DNA of 64,000 nucleotides from Octopus bimaculoides (lineage: Eukaryota). Shown one piece after another: positions 27,911 through 40,284 of this stretch (its first letter is position 1; each line of letters opens with the position of its first letter). The position numbers and the translations under genes are program-made. The stretch lies in assembly GCF_001194135.2 (NCBI RefSeq), contig NC_068988.1:92199539-92263538 (forward strand), read 5' to 3'. The notes under the pieces are model-generated. The model was given only the letters and a program-made list of their open reading frames with translations. It did no database searches and was not told the origin of the DNA.

Positions 27911-28189
27911 CTATTACATGTGATTCACAAGTCAAGTGAAGGGTTAAACTCAGCTCTGAATTTTTTGCTTTTGTTTCTCAAGCTAAGTAAAATGTGATGT
28001 CTCTACCTGGTTTTTATATAAAGGAAAAGAGATTTAAAAAAAAGGTGTAAAAAATGATATTGTGTACAAAGCCTGAATCATAGCTGCTCTATAGTAGAGT
28101 CTTAAGTTAAAAAATCTTAACATACAGCATTGGATATATTTGCTTAGGCTGAAAACATGTATGTACTGGTAGTATAATCAGTTAATCTC

Positions 28190-28430
28190 TTAGAATATTT
28201 ACTGTACAGTGAAAGCTCAACTCCTTTGTAAGTATTCATAGCATAACCTATCAATGTGTTAAGTTATTTAATGTACAATGTAGGCTCAAGTCCTTTGTAT
28301 GCAGTGGTAGTATGAACTATTAACATGTTAGGGTATTTACTGTGCAATATAGGCTCAAGTTCCTTGTGTATATGTGTAGATTAATCTATTAATGTGATAG
28401 GATATTTACTGTACAATGTTGACTGAAGCC
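28190..28430. repeat. 69-bp degenerate tandem repeat, ~3.5 units
   Basis: TATTTA(C/A)TGT(A/G)CA.. recurs at 28202, 28271, 28340 and 28409. Confidence 0.75.
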
Positions 28431-28689
28431 CCAACAGATATTTAATTCATCTCTATATATTGAATATATCTAAAGACAACACTAACAAACAGTATATACA
28501 AGTGATTTCTTATACACATACTAAACTCCAGTTTTATAGCAATATGGGAATATTAGCAGATTATGTAGAAAGAATTATATACATACACACATATCAACAA
28601 TAATAATAACAAGGATTATTACGAAGTTGAATAACATAAACGTTTTGGGGTAATCCCTTACTATTTACATACATCCATAAGGCCCAACA

Positions 28690-29209
28690 TTCAAAAAGAT
28701 GTTCTTTACACCAAGTGCATGGGTGCACTTGGCTTGACAGGTCCTCTCAAGCACAGCACATCGCCAAAGGTCTCACTCACCAGTCAGTGCCTCTGTGAGG
28801 CTCAAAGTTCAAAGATCATGCTTCACCAACTCATCCCATGTCTTCCTGGGTCTATTTCTTCTACCACACGTTCCCTCCACAGTTAGAGATCGGCACTTCT
28901 TTACACAGCTGTCCTCGTCCATGTACATCACATGACCACACCAACACAGTTGTCTCTCTTGCACACCACATCTGATTCCTCTTATGCTTAACTTTTCTCT
29001 CAAGATGCTTACACTCTGTCAAACATGCACACTGACACTGCACATCCAGCAAAGCATACTGGCTTCATTTCTTTCAAGCCTACACATGTCCTCAGCTATC
29101 ATAGTCCATGTTTCACTGCCCTACAGCATAGCTGTTGGCACACAGGCATCAAACAATCTGCCTTTCACTCTGAAGGAGAGGCCCTTTATTGCCAGCAGGG
29201 GTAGGAGTT

Positions 29210-29215
<6 letters not shown>
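28690..29215 (-). mobile_element. RTE LINE 3' fragment
   Basis: REKLSIRGIRCGVQERQLCWCGHVMYMDEDSCVKKCRSLTVEGTCGRRNRPRKTWDELVK; homologous to 36175-36470. Confidence 0.85.
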
Positions 29216-29255
<40 letters not shown>

Positions 29256-30638
29256 ATTTGCGGTTCATGGGAAGAGCCATTTTAACGATGCGTCCTGCCC
29301 TACTCTTCGAAATGCCTGTGTTAGAATGGGAGTAGCTGATGAAGGAAAATGTTCTCTATGTGGCCTGTGTGTTTTCTGTACTCTGGTTATTATTATTTTC
29401 TTGTCTACGTTTTGTTTGCAATGTCCTGTACCCAGATATGCACCTATATATACAGGTAGACGTAGGTATGCACATACCTGTACGTATATATGCATATACT
29501 CATTTACTATTTGTTTTATATATATATATATATATATCCTTTTGTCTTTTATTTTAATCTTTTTATTTGTTTCAGTTATTTAACTGTGGCCATGATGGGG
29601 CACCACCTTGAAGGGTTTATTTGAACAAATCATCCCCAATATTTATTTGTAAGCCTAGTACTTAGTCTATTGGTTTCTTTTGACAAACGGTTAAGTTACA
29701 GGCACATAAACAAGCCAGCACTGGTTTTCAAGTGATGGTGGGAGTGCAAACATAAGCATAAGGACACTCACACCCAATAAACAGGCTTCTTTCAGTTTTC
29801 ATCTGCCAGATCCACTCACAAGGGTTTGGTTTGCCCAAGGTGCTACGTAGTGGAACCAAATCCAAGACCATGCAGTTGCAAAGCAAGCTTCTTGATCACA
29901 CAGACATGCTTGCATCTATATATATATATATATATTTCTCTATATAGATTGATTGATAGATAGATAAATATATTCCTTTTACACTGTCCATTTATCTCTC
30001 ACATTACTTACATCATCTGCCCCATTACTGACACTGGTTCCTTCCCCACCATGTCCCCACTCCTATTCTTCCCACATCTCATTTCTTCCATTTCACTTTC
30101 ACAATTTTGTGATAGTCAATTCATGACCTATTTTCTCTTTCTCTCTCTCCAGTGAGGGGCAAGTGTCCAAAACAATGAAATTTTTCAGTTTATATCAAAT
30201 CAACTCACTGCAATCTATTTTCAAGATACCATGCGAGGGAGATTTGATTGCTATTTCTAACAGGTCCAGCATCCACAAAGGCTCACTTATTGATTTGTGA
30301 TGTAATTCTCTCCATTCTGTTTATTAGTTAAGACTACATATGACAGAATGTAGAGTGGTCAAGCAGATGTCTTCTTATATGTAATGGTGATATGTAGTGG
30401 CTTGAGTTTCAAATTTTATCCTCACAAAACCCTCCCATCACAGCCCACTCAATGGCTTCACAGTCAGCACTCAAATGGTAATTGAGTGGATTACAGTAAT
30501 ATGAGTTGGGAACGTAGTTTTTAGAGCTGTGATGATGATGAATTGTGGAATAGTTGTGTGGGATGTGCTAATGGTAATTTGAGTGGTAATTGAATGGATT
30601 GTGGCACAGGCATGGCTGTGCGTTAAGAAGCTTGCTTC

Positions 30639-32925
30639 CCATACAGGAGAGTTAGTTGTCATCTTGCAGTTGAACAGAGTGGACATGAGTCTTTTGGCTC
30701 TGTTCAATTAAAGATTTACAAAGAACACTTGAAGAACTCGCCGAGGTAAGTTGGTTTTGTTGCTCAGCTGAGCAATAGTTTGATGTTTAATATTTTTTTA
30801 GCAGGTTGTTGTTCAGCTTTGCAACATTTTCGCTTGCCTCTTGGCAGGTTTCTTGTGTTTATTCGTTTTTACAAACAAAATTGTGTGTTCACTGTCTGTG
30901 GTGGGCATGTTCGCTCCACCACAGCAGTGAAAATTTTTGCCTGGCCTTTTAGCCAATAAAGCTTTGTGCTCGCATTTTGCGAACTAATTGTGTGTTTGCT
31001 GTCTGTGGTAGATGGGTTTGCTCCACTACAGCAGTGAAAATTTGTTTGGTATTTTACCGAAGAAACTGTGGAGAACCTTTTCGTGGAGTACCTCAGGAAG
31101 AGCCTAGATTACCTGTTGGCTGAAGTGTTTTCTGTGTTTGAACTGTCCTTTTTTCTCTGCCTTTCTGTCTATCTTTTTATTTGGAACTGTGTTTATTTTT
31201 ATTTTTTCTTCAGTTGTTTTCGTTTTCTTTTTTTGAACTTTATTTGTGAACTTTTTCAAACTTTATTTGTGAACTTTTTCGAACTTTACACGAACATGGG
31301 GAAAAAAATTAAAAAGTAATAATGAAGCCACTGTCTTGGAGTGGGAGGTTGTCCCACCCAGGCAGTGGCTGGCGAAGACAGAGAAGAGGACAGTGGTTTT
31401 GCAGGCCTATTCTAGGTCACGCAATGCCATTGCCCTCTTCAATAAAGATACCATCGAAAAGGGGCTGACAAGTTGTCTGCCAGCCAGAAAGTTTTATATA
31501 ACTAGGGGAGTCAAATATGCAACCGTGTGGTTGCTATTTGACTCCTCCGAAGAGGCTGCCACTGTGGCCAGCCAGCCCCTGCAGGNNNNNNNNNNNNNNN
31601 NNNNNNNNNNNNNNNNNNNNNNNNNNNNNNNNNNNNNNNNNNNNNNNNNNNNNNNNNNNNNNNNNNNNNNNNNNNNNNNNNNNNNNNNNNNNNNNNNNNN
31701 NNNNNNNNNNNNNNNNNNNNNNNNNNNNNNNNNNNNNNNNNNNNNNNNNNNNNNNNNNNNNNNNNNNNNNNNNNNNNNNNNNNNNNNNNNNNNNNNNNNN
31801 NNNNNNNNNNNNNNNNNNNNNNNNNNNNNNNNNNNNNNNNNNNNNNNNNNNNNNNNNNNNNNNNNNNNNNNNNNNNNNNNNNNNNNNNNNNNNNNNNNNN
31901 NNNNNNNNNNNNNNNNNNNNNNNNNNNNNNNNNNNNNNNNNNNNNNNNNNNNNNNNNNNNNNNNNNNNNNNNNNNNNNNNNNNNNNNNNNNNNNNNNNNN
32001 NNNNNNNNNNNNNNNNNNNNNNNNNNNNNNNNNNNNNNNNNNNNNNNNNNNNNNNNNNNNNNNNNNNNNNNNNNNNNNNNNNNNNNNNNNNNNNNNNNNN
32101 NNNNNNNNNNNNNNNNNNNNNNNNNNNNNNNNNNNNNNNNNNNNNNNNNNNNNNNNNNNNNNNNNNNNNNNNNNNNNNNNNNNNNNNNNNNNNNNNNNNN
32201 NNNNNNNNNNNNNNNNNNNNNNNNNNNNNNNNNNNNNNNNNNNNNNNNNNNNNNNNNNNNNNNNNNNNATGGGAGACGGTCAGCAGATGTTACTATGCCG
32301 CCGACTGAACCCAAGACCCCTCCAGTGGGAATTGTGCCACCGGAGAGGGAGACTCTGTCAGCGAGAATTGTGCCACTGACAGAGCAGTGTGAGGCCCCTC
32401 CCCACAAGGAGGAGGAGGAGTTTGTCCTCCTGTACCTCGAGGAGGGGACTACAGAAAAATTCTCGGACAGGGAGTGCAGCCAGGAAAGATCCTTCTCGGC
32501 TTGCACGACCTGTTCAACATGGCCTCCGCAGGTAGCTGCGGAGGTCGTAACTAACAGGACTAACAGGATCTTGTCAAAGATCAAATCCAACTTTGACAAG
32601 AATAATTTTATTTGCCTCGCCACAGACTCCGACTTGTCAATGCGGACTTGTCTGCAGGCAGCGAGTAATTTGCTTAGGAGCTGGGACGGAACGGATTAAT
32701 TATGACTAATTGTTTTAATTCTTGAAACATTGTAATATTGATGCTATTATTGTAACTATTGATTTGTATTGAACAAAGGTTTTTGAGGGGTTGCCAGTCG
32801 GTGGGCGCTGGTGCCCCTCTCATCTTTTCATCCATGTCTTTTTCTCATTTTTTTCTTAATGTGTTTGTCCAGCCCTGGCTTCTTGCTAATCTGTGTAATG
32901 CCTCAATGGCAAATATTATGAAATA
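30639..32925 (+). mobile_element. TSD-flanked non-LTR-type insertion apparently encoding only an ORF1-like protein
   Basis: 14-bp TSD AAGAAGCTTGCTTC at 30625-30638 and 32926-32939. It splits a family D SINE head, ends at AATAAA and has no RT or EN sequence in the called bases. A 683-N gap lies inside. Confidence 0.75.
31297..32699 (+). pseudogene. putative ORF1/gag-like reading frame (RRM-like N-part, Pro/Glu-rich middle), interrupted by a gap, with a likely 1-nt frameshift near the start
   Basis: ATG at 31297 (MGKK) slips frame in an A-run into ..NNEATVLEWEVVPPRQW..RTVVLQAY..KYATVWLLFDSSEEAATVASQPLQ. After the gap it reads GRRSADVTMPPTEPK..LLRSWDGTD* (stop 32697-32699). The ORF1 identity is inferred from position and composition. 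Confidence 0.55.
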
Positions 32926-33319
32926 AAGAAGCTTGCTTCTCAACCACATGGTTTCGGGTTCAGTCCCACTGCATGGCACCATGGGCAAGTGTCTTCTACG
33001 ATAGCTGAAACAAGTAAAAGAATAGGGAATTGTGAGCTAGCTGTGTAGGCTAAAGTGATGGTAAGTTGTGAAGCTGTTGTATGGTTTAAAACTGATGGTA
33101 AATTGTGAAGTAGTTGAATGGGTTATAGTAATGGTGTACTGTGAAGTAGATGGGTAGTTTTATGGTGATGGTGAATTATGAGGTAGTTGTATAGGCTGTG
33201 ATAATGGCGAATTATGAGGTGACTGTAGTTTGTGGTAATAGTGAGTTGTGAGGGGTTCTATGGTTTATGGTGATGGTAAATTACAAGGTAGTTGTGTGAT
33301 TTGTAATAAGGAAATAAAA

Positions 33320-33810
33320 TTACCTTCTTGAGTAATACCAACTCATGAGGGTCAGTTTCCTGGTTTCGTGGCATATAAATTCCCCACGTGGACAGGACGC
33401 CAGTCCATCGGAGGATTAGTCATTTTTACCAGCTGAGTGGACTGGAAAAATGTGAAATGAAGTGTTTTGTTCAAGAACACAACACATTGCCCGGTCCAGG
33501 AATCGAAACCACAATCTTACAATCATGAGTCCAACACCCTAACCACTAAGCCATGCACCTCCACAAAAGGCAAATTTACCTTCTTGAGTCATACCAACTC
33601 ATAAGGGCAGGTTTTCCAGTTTCATGGCATTCATATTCCCCATCTGGATGGGATGTCAGTCCATCGCAGCGTTACTCATTTTTGCCAGCTGAGTGAACTG
33701 GAGCAACATGAAATGAAGTGTTTTGCTCAAGAACACAGTCCAGGAACCCGATCCAGGAATTGAAACCACGATCTTATGATCATAAGTCCAACACCATAAT
33801 CAGTAAGCCA
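33320..33810 (-). mobile_element. two tandem SINEs (family B variant)
   Basis: Two reverse-complement copies ending CCAACACCCTAACCACTAAGCCATGC and CCAACACCATAATCAGTAAGCCATAC. The same family occurs on the plus strand at 34045 and 42353. Confidence 0.8.
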
Positions 33811-34422
33811 TACACCTACACTGGTTTGTAATTATTGTCTGTTGCTACCAAGTCATTGTAGTTGATAACCTGATGATTATGCTCCACATAAAAATATTCA
33901 GATATTGACATTTTCCAAATAATATAAGACCCTATTTAATACTAGTGAAAATAACCTATCAGATACTTGCCATAATTTAAGAGGGGTCATGGATTCTAGG
34001 ATGTGTGTGTGTGTAATAGTTTGGTGCGTGTATTTTGGGGGGAAGTGCATGGTTTAGTAGTTGCATTCATGTCCATAAGATTGTGGTTTCGATTCTTAGA
34101 TCAAGCAATTCTTTGTATTCTTGAGCAAAAAAAAAAAACACTTCATTTCATGTTGCTTCAGTCCACTCAGCTGGCAAAAAATGAGTAATCTTTTGATGGA
34201 CTGGCATCCTGACTCAGGATGGACAATTGACCCTTTTAATATGTATTTTTACACTATAGAACAGTGTGTTTGCAATGTATAGGGTATATCATAAAGAATA
34301 GGCACATTTTATTTGTAACTTACAGGATTGTGGATATTCACCCATGCTTGTTACTGTCCTAGTTACTAGTGCTTAAAATTCCATTATTATGGGACACCCT
34401 ATATTTGGTAATAAGCTGTATA

Positions 34423-34628
34423 TGAGGGGGTGCTGAAAAGTTCCTGGCTTTGGGTAAAAAGAAATACAGGAGGATCAGTGAATTATGGTCTTTTTCAACA
34501 TGTTCCTCTCTCAGATTCACACATATATTGCAGTAGTCCTTCTGTTTTTCTGAGCCCTCAGAAGGTTGGGCCTCCAACCAGACCTTTCATGATACCCTTA
34601 AAGCCAGGAACTTTTCAGCACCCCTTCA
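34423..34628. mobile_element. mariner-derived MITE
   Basis: ~29-bp TIR TGA(G/A)GGGGTGCTGAAAAGTTCCTGGCTTT with TA on both sides. Confidence 0.9.
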
Positions 34629-35299
34629 TACTTTTAGTATAAACTTAGTGAGTCTGTAGTTCTTTTAGAGGGAAACGTGTGGCAAGATTAGTTACATGCC
34701 AGACAAAATACTTTGTTAGGTTTATGTTCTGAGTTCAAATTATACCTAAGTCTACTTTGTCTCTCGTCCTCCCAAAGTCAATTAAAATAAGTACCAGTAG
34801 ACAAGTCCTGCAGTTGATATATTCATAGCAGAGCAAGAAAATGCCTATGCGGCATTTAGTTATGTCTTTTTGAGTTCTGATGATGCCATAAAATAAGACA
34901 CCAACTCAAGTAATGGTGTTGATTTCATCAACTATATCAATCCCTCAAATTTTAGGCCTTGTGCCTACATCAGAAATTGATGTAATCAGCAGCAATAAAC
35001 TTGAAGATGATAAAGGTTGAAGTTTATTGTGTATAAATAATAGAAAAGTGAAATTATAACTCTGATATTATCTACTTTGGGTGTGACTGAAACCAGTTCT
35101 ATCCTGATCTGTTGTCTCTGTATGATGTTAATGAAAAGATTTTCTAACACATTTTTATCAAATGCTGAATTAGTCATAAACTCCTACGTTTTCTGTCTGC
35201 TTCTTCTCTTATATCTACTGTAATCTTAATCATTCTGTCTCATCTCCTCTCTCATTCTATTATTTTATTTTGTGTCATTTAGTTTGAGCCTCTTAAGCC

Positions 35300-35490
35300 A
35301 TCTCGATCCAAATTGCTTGACTTAATCATCTTTCCAGCATCGTCAAGGTCTTCCAAGTGGCCTTTGGATACCAGTCAGCAACTGCACCGGTCCACCTGTC
35401 TGTGAACCTTGCAACATGTCTGGCCCAGTGGAACTTGTGCTTTCAGTCCTCTACAATCACATTGTTTATTCCATTCTTGAATTATCCCAT
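35300..35490 (-). mobile_element. RTE-type LINE C-terminal fragment
   Basis: Minus strand ..WAGHVARFTDRWTGAVADWYPK.., typical of the RTE ORF end. Confidence 0.6.
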
Positions 35491-36174
35491 TTCAAATGTG
35501 CTCTCTTTGTGATATTCTATAAAGATACAACTCATAAATACACACATGCGCACACATACATATAAACACACAAACATACAAATTTGCATGCACACACATA
35601 TATATACATGAATTATGAAGGTGGCTAGTTGCAATTTACAACCAAAAGGCACAAGTATAGTTGTCCCTAGAGTGACTAAGAGAGCTAGAGGTCACCAGCA
35701 TTGCTAGAAATAAGTGTCAAAACAACTCTTAGCCACAGGCAGATCACTTATCTAAAGACTGATGAGAGAGACAAGCTCCCTACAACAAGCAAGATAGAAT
35801 CAGATTATCGCTGATTTCCGATTTGATTAATCCTCATCAGTGACCCTTACTCCATTTCTGAGGGTTAAACTGAACTCACCTTGTCAGTTTATAGAAAATA
35901 CCATCGGAATCAGTGACTGATTCTGTAAAATGGTAAAGTGAAAATTATAAATTATTAAGGTAACTAATTGCAATTTACAACCAAAAAGCACAAGTACAGT
36001 CATCACTAAAGTGACTACAGGTGCTCGTCAGCACCAGCATTGCTGGAAATAAGAGTAAAAAAAAACTCAACTCTTAACCACAGGCAAGCACTTATCTAAT
36101 GACAGATAAGGGAGACCAGCTCCCTACAGCAAGCGACATAGAGTCAGATCATTGATGATTTCATCAATGACCAT

Positions 36175-37380
36175 ACAAGTGAAGTCATCTTTCTTGTACA
36201 CCACATCTGATACCTCTTATGGCCTGTTTTTCTCTTAAAAAGCTTACACTCTGTCATACATGCACACTGACATAGCACATCCAGTCAAGCATACTAGCCT
36301 CATTTCTTTCAAGCCTTCACATGTCCTCAGCAGTCACAGCCCACATCTCACTGCTGTGTAGCATGGCTGTTCACATACAGGCATCATACACTCTGCCTTT
36401 CACTCAAGAGAGAGGCCCTTTGTTAACAACAAAGGTAGAAACTCTCTGAACTTTGCCAAGTCTATTCTTATTCTAGCAGCTATGCGCTTGGAGCATCCAC
36501 CTTCGCTGCTGACTTGGTTACCTAGATAATGGAAGCTATCAACGACTTCTAGGTATACCTCCTGGCATTTGATGGAGTCTATTTTCTGTATATTTCTAGT
36601 GTTTATTGTACCTGTACATCTTCCACACATAAATACTATTTTTTTTGTTAACCTTCCTCTGATATTGCTACACCTGATATGTGACCATAGCTTGCACCTA
36701 TGCCTTTCCTACATATTGAACAGGGCCACCTACCTGAAGGGATTTGTGATTTATCTGCTTTCCTACTTACTAAGACTTTGGTTCTTGCTAAATTAACACT
36801 AAGGCCCGTTTATTCTAGACCGTTCTTCCACACCTGAAATTTCTTCTTTAGTTCAGGTAGTATTTCAGCTATAAGAACAAGGTCATCAGCATAGAGGAAC
36901 TCCCAAGGGCAACCCAACTTAAATCCTTCTGTTATTGCCTGGAGGACTATAATGAACAAAAGGGGGCTGAGGACTGATCCGTGGTGAACCCCTACTTGTA
37001 CTCTAAATTCAATGTTATACTTGCTGCCAACCCTCACCTTACTGACATCATCCCACTACATGGCTTGTACAGCTCCCATCAACCACTTATCTATCCCTAG
37101 TTTCCACATTGACCACCTGATAAGGGAACAAGGCACCCTGTCGAAGGCTTTCTATATATCAACAAAAGCCAAGTACAGGGGCTTATTTTTGACTTGGTAC
37201 TTCTCCTGCAGCTGCCTTACCAGGAACATGACATCAGTGGTGCTTCTCCCTGACAAAAAACCAAACTGCATCTCATCTAGACTAACTCTCTTCCTATTTA
37301 GTTGGGCTATGACCGTCTTTGTAACTTTCATCACCTGATCCAACAATTGACCCTCTCCATAACTTTCATCACCTGATCCA
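36175..37380 (-). mobile_element. RTE LINE fragment with RT core, frameshifted
   Basis: LLDQVMKV..QFGFLSGRSTTDVMFLVRQLQEKY..LYLAFVDI, then FRVQVGVHHGSVLSPLLFIIVL..FLYADDLVLIAE, then VDSFHYLG. Confidence 0.93.
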
Positions 37381-37490
37381 GGTTTCTATGTTTATTAATG
37401 CAATCCTTACATTGCACAATTATTATTATTTCAGCAATGTAAAGTAAACACTTGTTATTATATCTGCTATATGGTCTGGTATACAAGTTG

Positions 37491-37869
37491 CAATGGCCCA
37501 GTGGTTAGGGCAGTGGACTTGCGGTCATAGAAATCGCGGTTTCGATTCCCAGACCGGGCGTTGTGAGAGTTTATTGAACAAAAACACCTAAAAACTCCAC
37601 GAGGCTCCGGCAGGGGATGGTGGCGAACCCTGCTGTACTCTTCTACCACGACTTTCTCTCACTCTTACTTCCTGTTTCTGTTGTGCCTGTAATTCAAAGG
37701 GTCAGCCTCGTCACACTGTGTCACGCTGAATATCCCTGAGAACTACGTTAAGGGTACACGTGTCTGTGGAGTGCTCAGCCACTTGCACGTTAATTTCACA
37801 AGCAGGCTGTTCCGTTGATTGGATCAACAGGAACCCTCGACGTCGTAAGCGACGGAGTGCCAACAACAA
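37491..37869 (+). mobile_element. tRNA-headed SINE (family A), ~10 nt 5'-truncated
   Basis: 20-bp TSD ATGGTCTGGTATACAAGTTG at 37471-37490 and 37870-37889; (CAA)n tail. Confidence 0.93.
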
Positions 37870-38379
37870 ATGGTCTGGTATACAAGTTGAAGTGATACCT
37901 AGTGGAAACATGTAGTGTAAACATTGAAACATCATCACTATCTTTCCAAATCTTTCGCATGGAATTTTTGACCCTCCAAAGTTGTCTTGGTGTATAAGTC
38001 AATCCACCTTTTTTGGCTGTAAATTTTCATCTGAAAAAACTCGTCTTGTATGCTAGAAAATATAGTAGATACAGTAACACTGTCAATCCCACCTGTACTT
38101 ACATACATCCACTGTCTCTCCCACTCAGTCATTCATGCACACATACATTTGTAATTATACACTTTTATGCAAATATATACCCCACCACATATTTATGTAT
38201 ACTTGCTTGACCTTTGGATTTATCCACCTCCCACCACACACACCCACACACACACACCTATACACATAGACACAAAGGACTGATATTTCAGATTGTTAGT
38301 AGGGAGAATTATTTTGAATTGTTACTATGATAATAGAAATTTTGCTACAAACAAATAATGTGCTGTTATCATAGAGATA

Positions 38380-38830
38380 GAATGGTTCCTATAGAGACTG
38401 TAAAATTGTTGCCATGGTAATCTTATAATGATTGTAGTAAAGTTAATACTGTTGTCATGCAGATTTAGATCTGTCACCATAGCAAAATTAGAAGTAATGC
38501 TTCAGTGAATTTGGAGCCATTACCATGGAGATATGTTGAGCCATTGCCAAGGCAAAAGTAAAAATTGTTGTCACAGAAAATTGTCAATTGTTGGAGCTGT
38601 TGCTATGGAAATCGGAGAGCTGTTGTCATGGCAAAAGTGAAAATTGTTGCTACAGAGAATTAAAAGCTGTTACTATGGAGAGTAGAACTGTTGCCATGCC
38701 AACAGCAAAAATTATTAGCAAGGAGCTTTAGAATCTGTTGCTATGAAGATGTTAGAAGCAGTAACTATGGTGACATTAAAATTGTTGCTATGGTGACTGT
38801 TAGAAAAGTCATTTATCACAATAAACTGCT
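38380..38830. repeat. degenerate short-unit tandem repeat
   Basis: Recurrent (A/C)TGTTG(C/T)(C/T)ATGG(C/T/A)AA motif, roughly 15 times. Confidence 0.6.
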
Positions 38831-39169
38831 TTCTATGTTAAAAGACATTGATTCCAGTGAAGAGTTCCTCATAGAAATTGGCAGAATAAATAAATTTTGT
38901 CTCCTCACCAAAAATTGTATTTATCTGTTTAAGAATTGAAATTTCTCAAAGCAAAAAAAAAAAAAAAATTATTTGAACAGCAATAAAAATATTTAGAAAT
39001 ATCATTTTGTAAATTGTTCATGCTTGAGTGGAGACTGATGTTATGATTTAGGATGGGGCTACAGTGAGGGCTGGATGTTAGGATTGGAAAGGAAGACAGT
39101 GACTTGTTCTGTAGAACTTTGGTATGTTTCATGTAACAAACGTCTCTTTTCTATTTCCATTCCATTTTA

Positions 39170-39275
39170 ATCATCATCATCATCATCATCATCATAATTG
39201 TTATCACTGTTTCTCGTGGAACCACTTTTCATTATCACACTCATTGTCATTATTATCATTGTCATCTTCACCACC

Positions 39276-39306
<31 letters not shown>

Positions 39307-39524
39307 CCACCACCAGCCACACCAGCCGTACCTCCTCCACCACCACTACCACCATCACCGTCATTATTACCAATTGCAGCACCACCTTCACTACCTCCAC
39401 CACCACCGTCACCACCACCACCATCATCATCATCACCACCACCAGCCACACCAGCCGTACCTCCTCCACCACCACTACCACCATCACCGTCATTATTACC
39501 AATTGCAGCACCACCTTCACTACC
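39170..39524. repeat. (CAT/CAC)n low-complexity tract with a 129-bp internal duplication, running into a gap
   Basis: GCCACACCAGCCGTACC at 39316 and 39445. Confidence 0.85.
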
Positions 39525-39779
39525 NNNNNNNNNNNNNNNNNNNNNNNNNNNNNNNNNNNNNNNNNNNNNNNNNNNNNNNNNNNNNNNNNNNNNNNNNNNN
39601 NNNNNNNNNNNNNNNNNNNNNNNNNNNNNNNNNNNNNNNNNNNNNNNNNNNNNNNNNNNNNNNNNNNNNNNNNNNNNNNNNNNNNNNNNNNNNNNNNNNN
39701 NNNNNNNNNNNNNNNNNNNNNNNNNNNNNNNNNNNNNNNNNNNNNNNNNNNNNNNNNNNNGTTGTCCCTTTCTTATATC

Positions 39780-40150
39780 ATCATCATCATCATCATTGTT
39801 TGACGTCCGCTTTCCATGCTAGCATGGGTTGGACGATTTGACTGAGGACTGGCGAACCAGATGGCTGCACCAGGCTCCAATCTGATCTGGCAGAGTTTCT
39901 ACAACTGGGTGCCCTTCCTAACGCCAACCACTCCGAGAGTGCAGTGGGTGCTTTTACGTGCCACTGGCATGGGGGCGAGTCTGGCGGTACTGGCAACGGC
40001 CACGCTCAAATGGTGTATTTTACGTGCCACCTGCACAGGAGTCAGTTCAGCATCACTGGCAATGACCTCGCTCGGATGTTTTGTTCATGTGCCACCGGCA
40101 CAAGTGCCAGTAAGACAACGCTGGTAATCATCACGCTCAAATGGTGCTTT
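39780..40150 (-). mobile_element. family E retroposon tail
   Basis: (CAT)n then TCCGCTTTCCATGCTAGCATGGGTTGG..GCCCTTCCTAACGCCAACCACTCCGAG. Confidence 0.85.
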
Positions 40151-40284
40151 TTATATATATAGATAAAACTTACTTGGGAGAGGATGCATGGCATTCAATC
40201 ATATAATAATATAAATAATATATATATGCACGTATATACATACATATATGTACATACTTTCATCTATACCTATATATATGCATG

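Noticed and set aside
29305-29360. Hammerhead ribozyme (CGAAA ... CTGATGA) in a possibly Penelope-associated repeat
   Set aside because: The core motifs are present, but I could not build stems I-III in any topology. At most it is a decayed remnant.
39124-39822. Proline-rich formin-like or Thr-rich mucin-like ORF
   Set aside because: Every frame is low-complexity from CAC/CAT repeats, with no splice or domain support.
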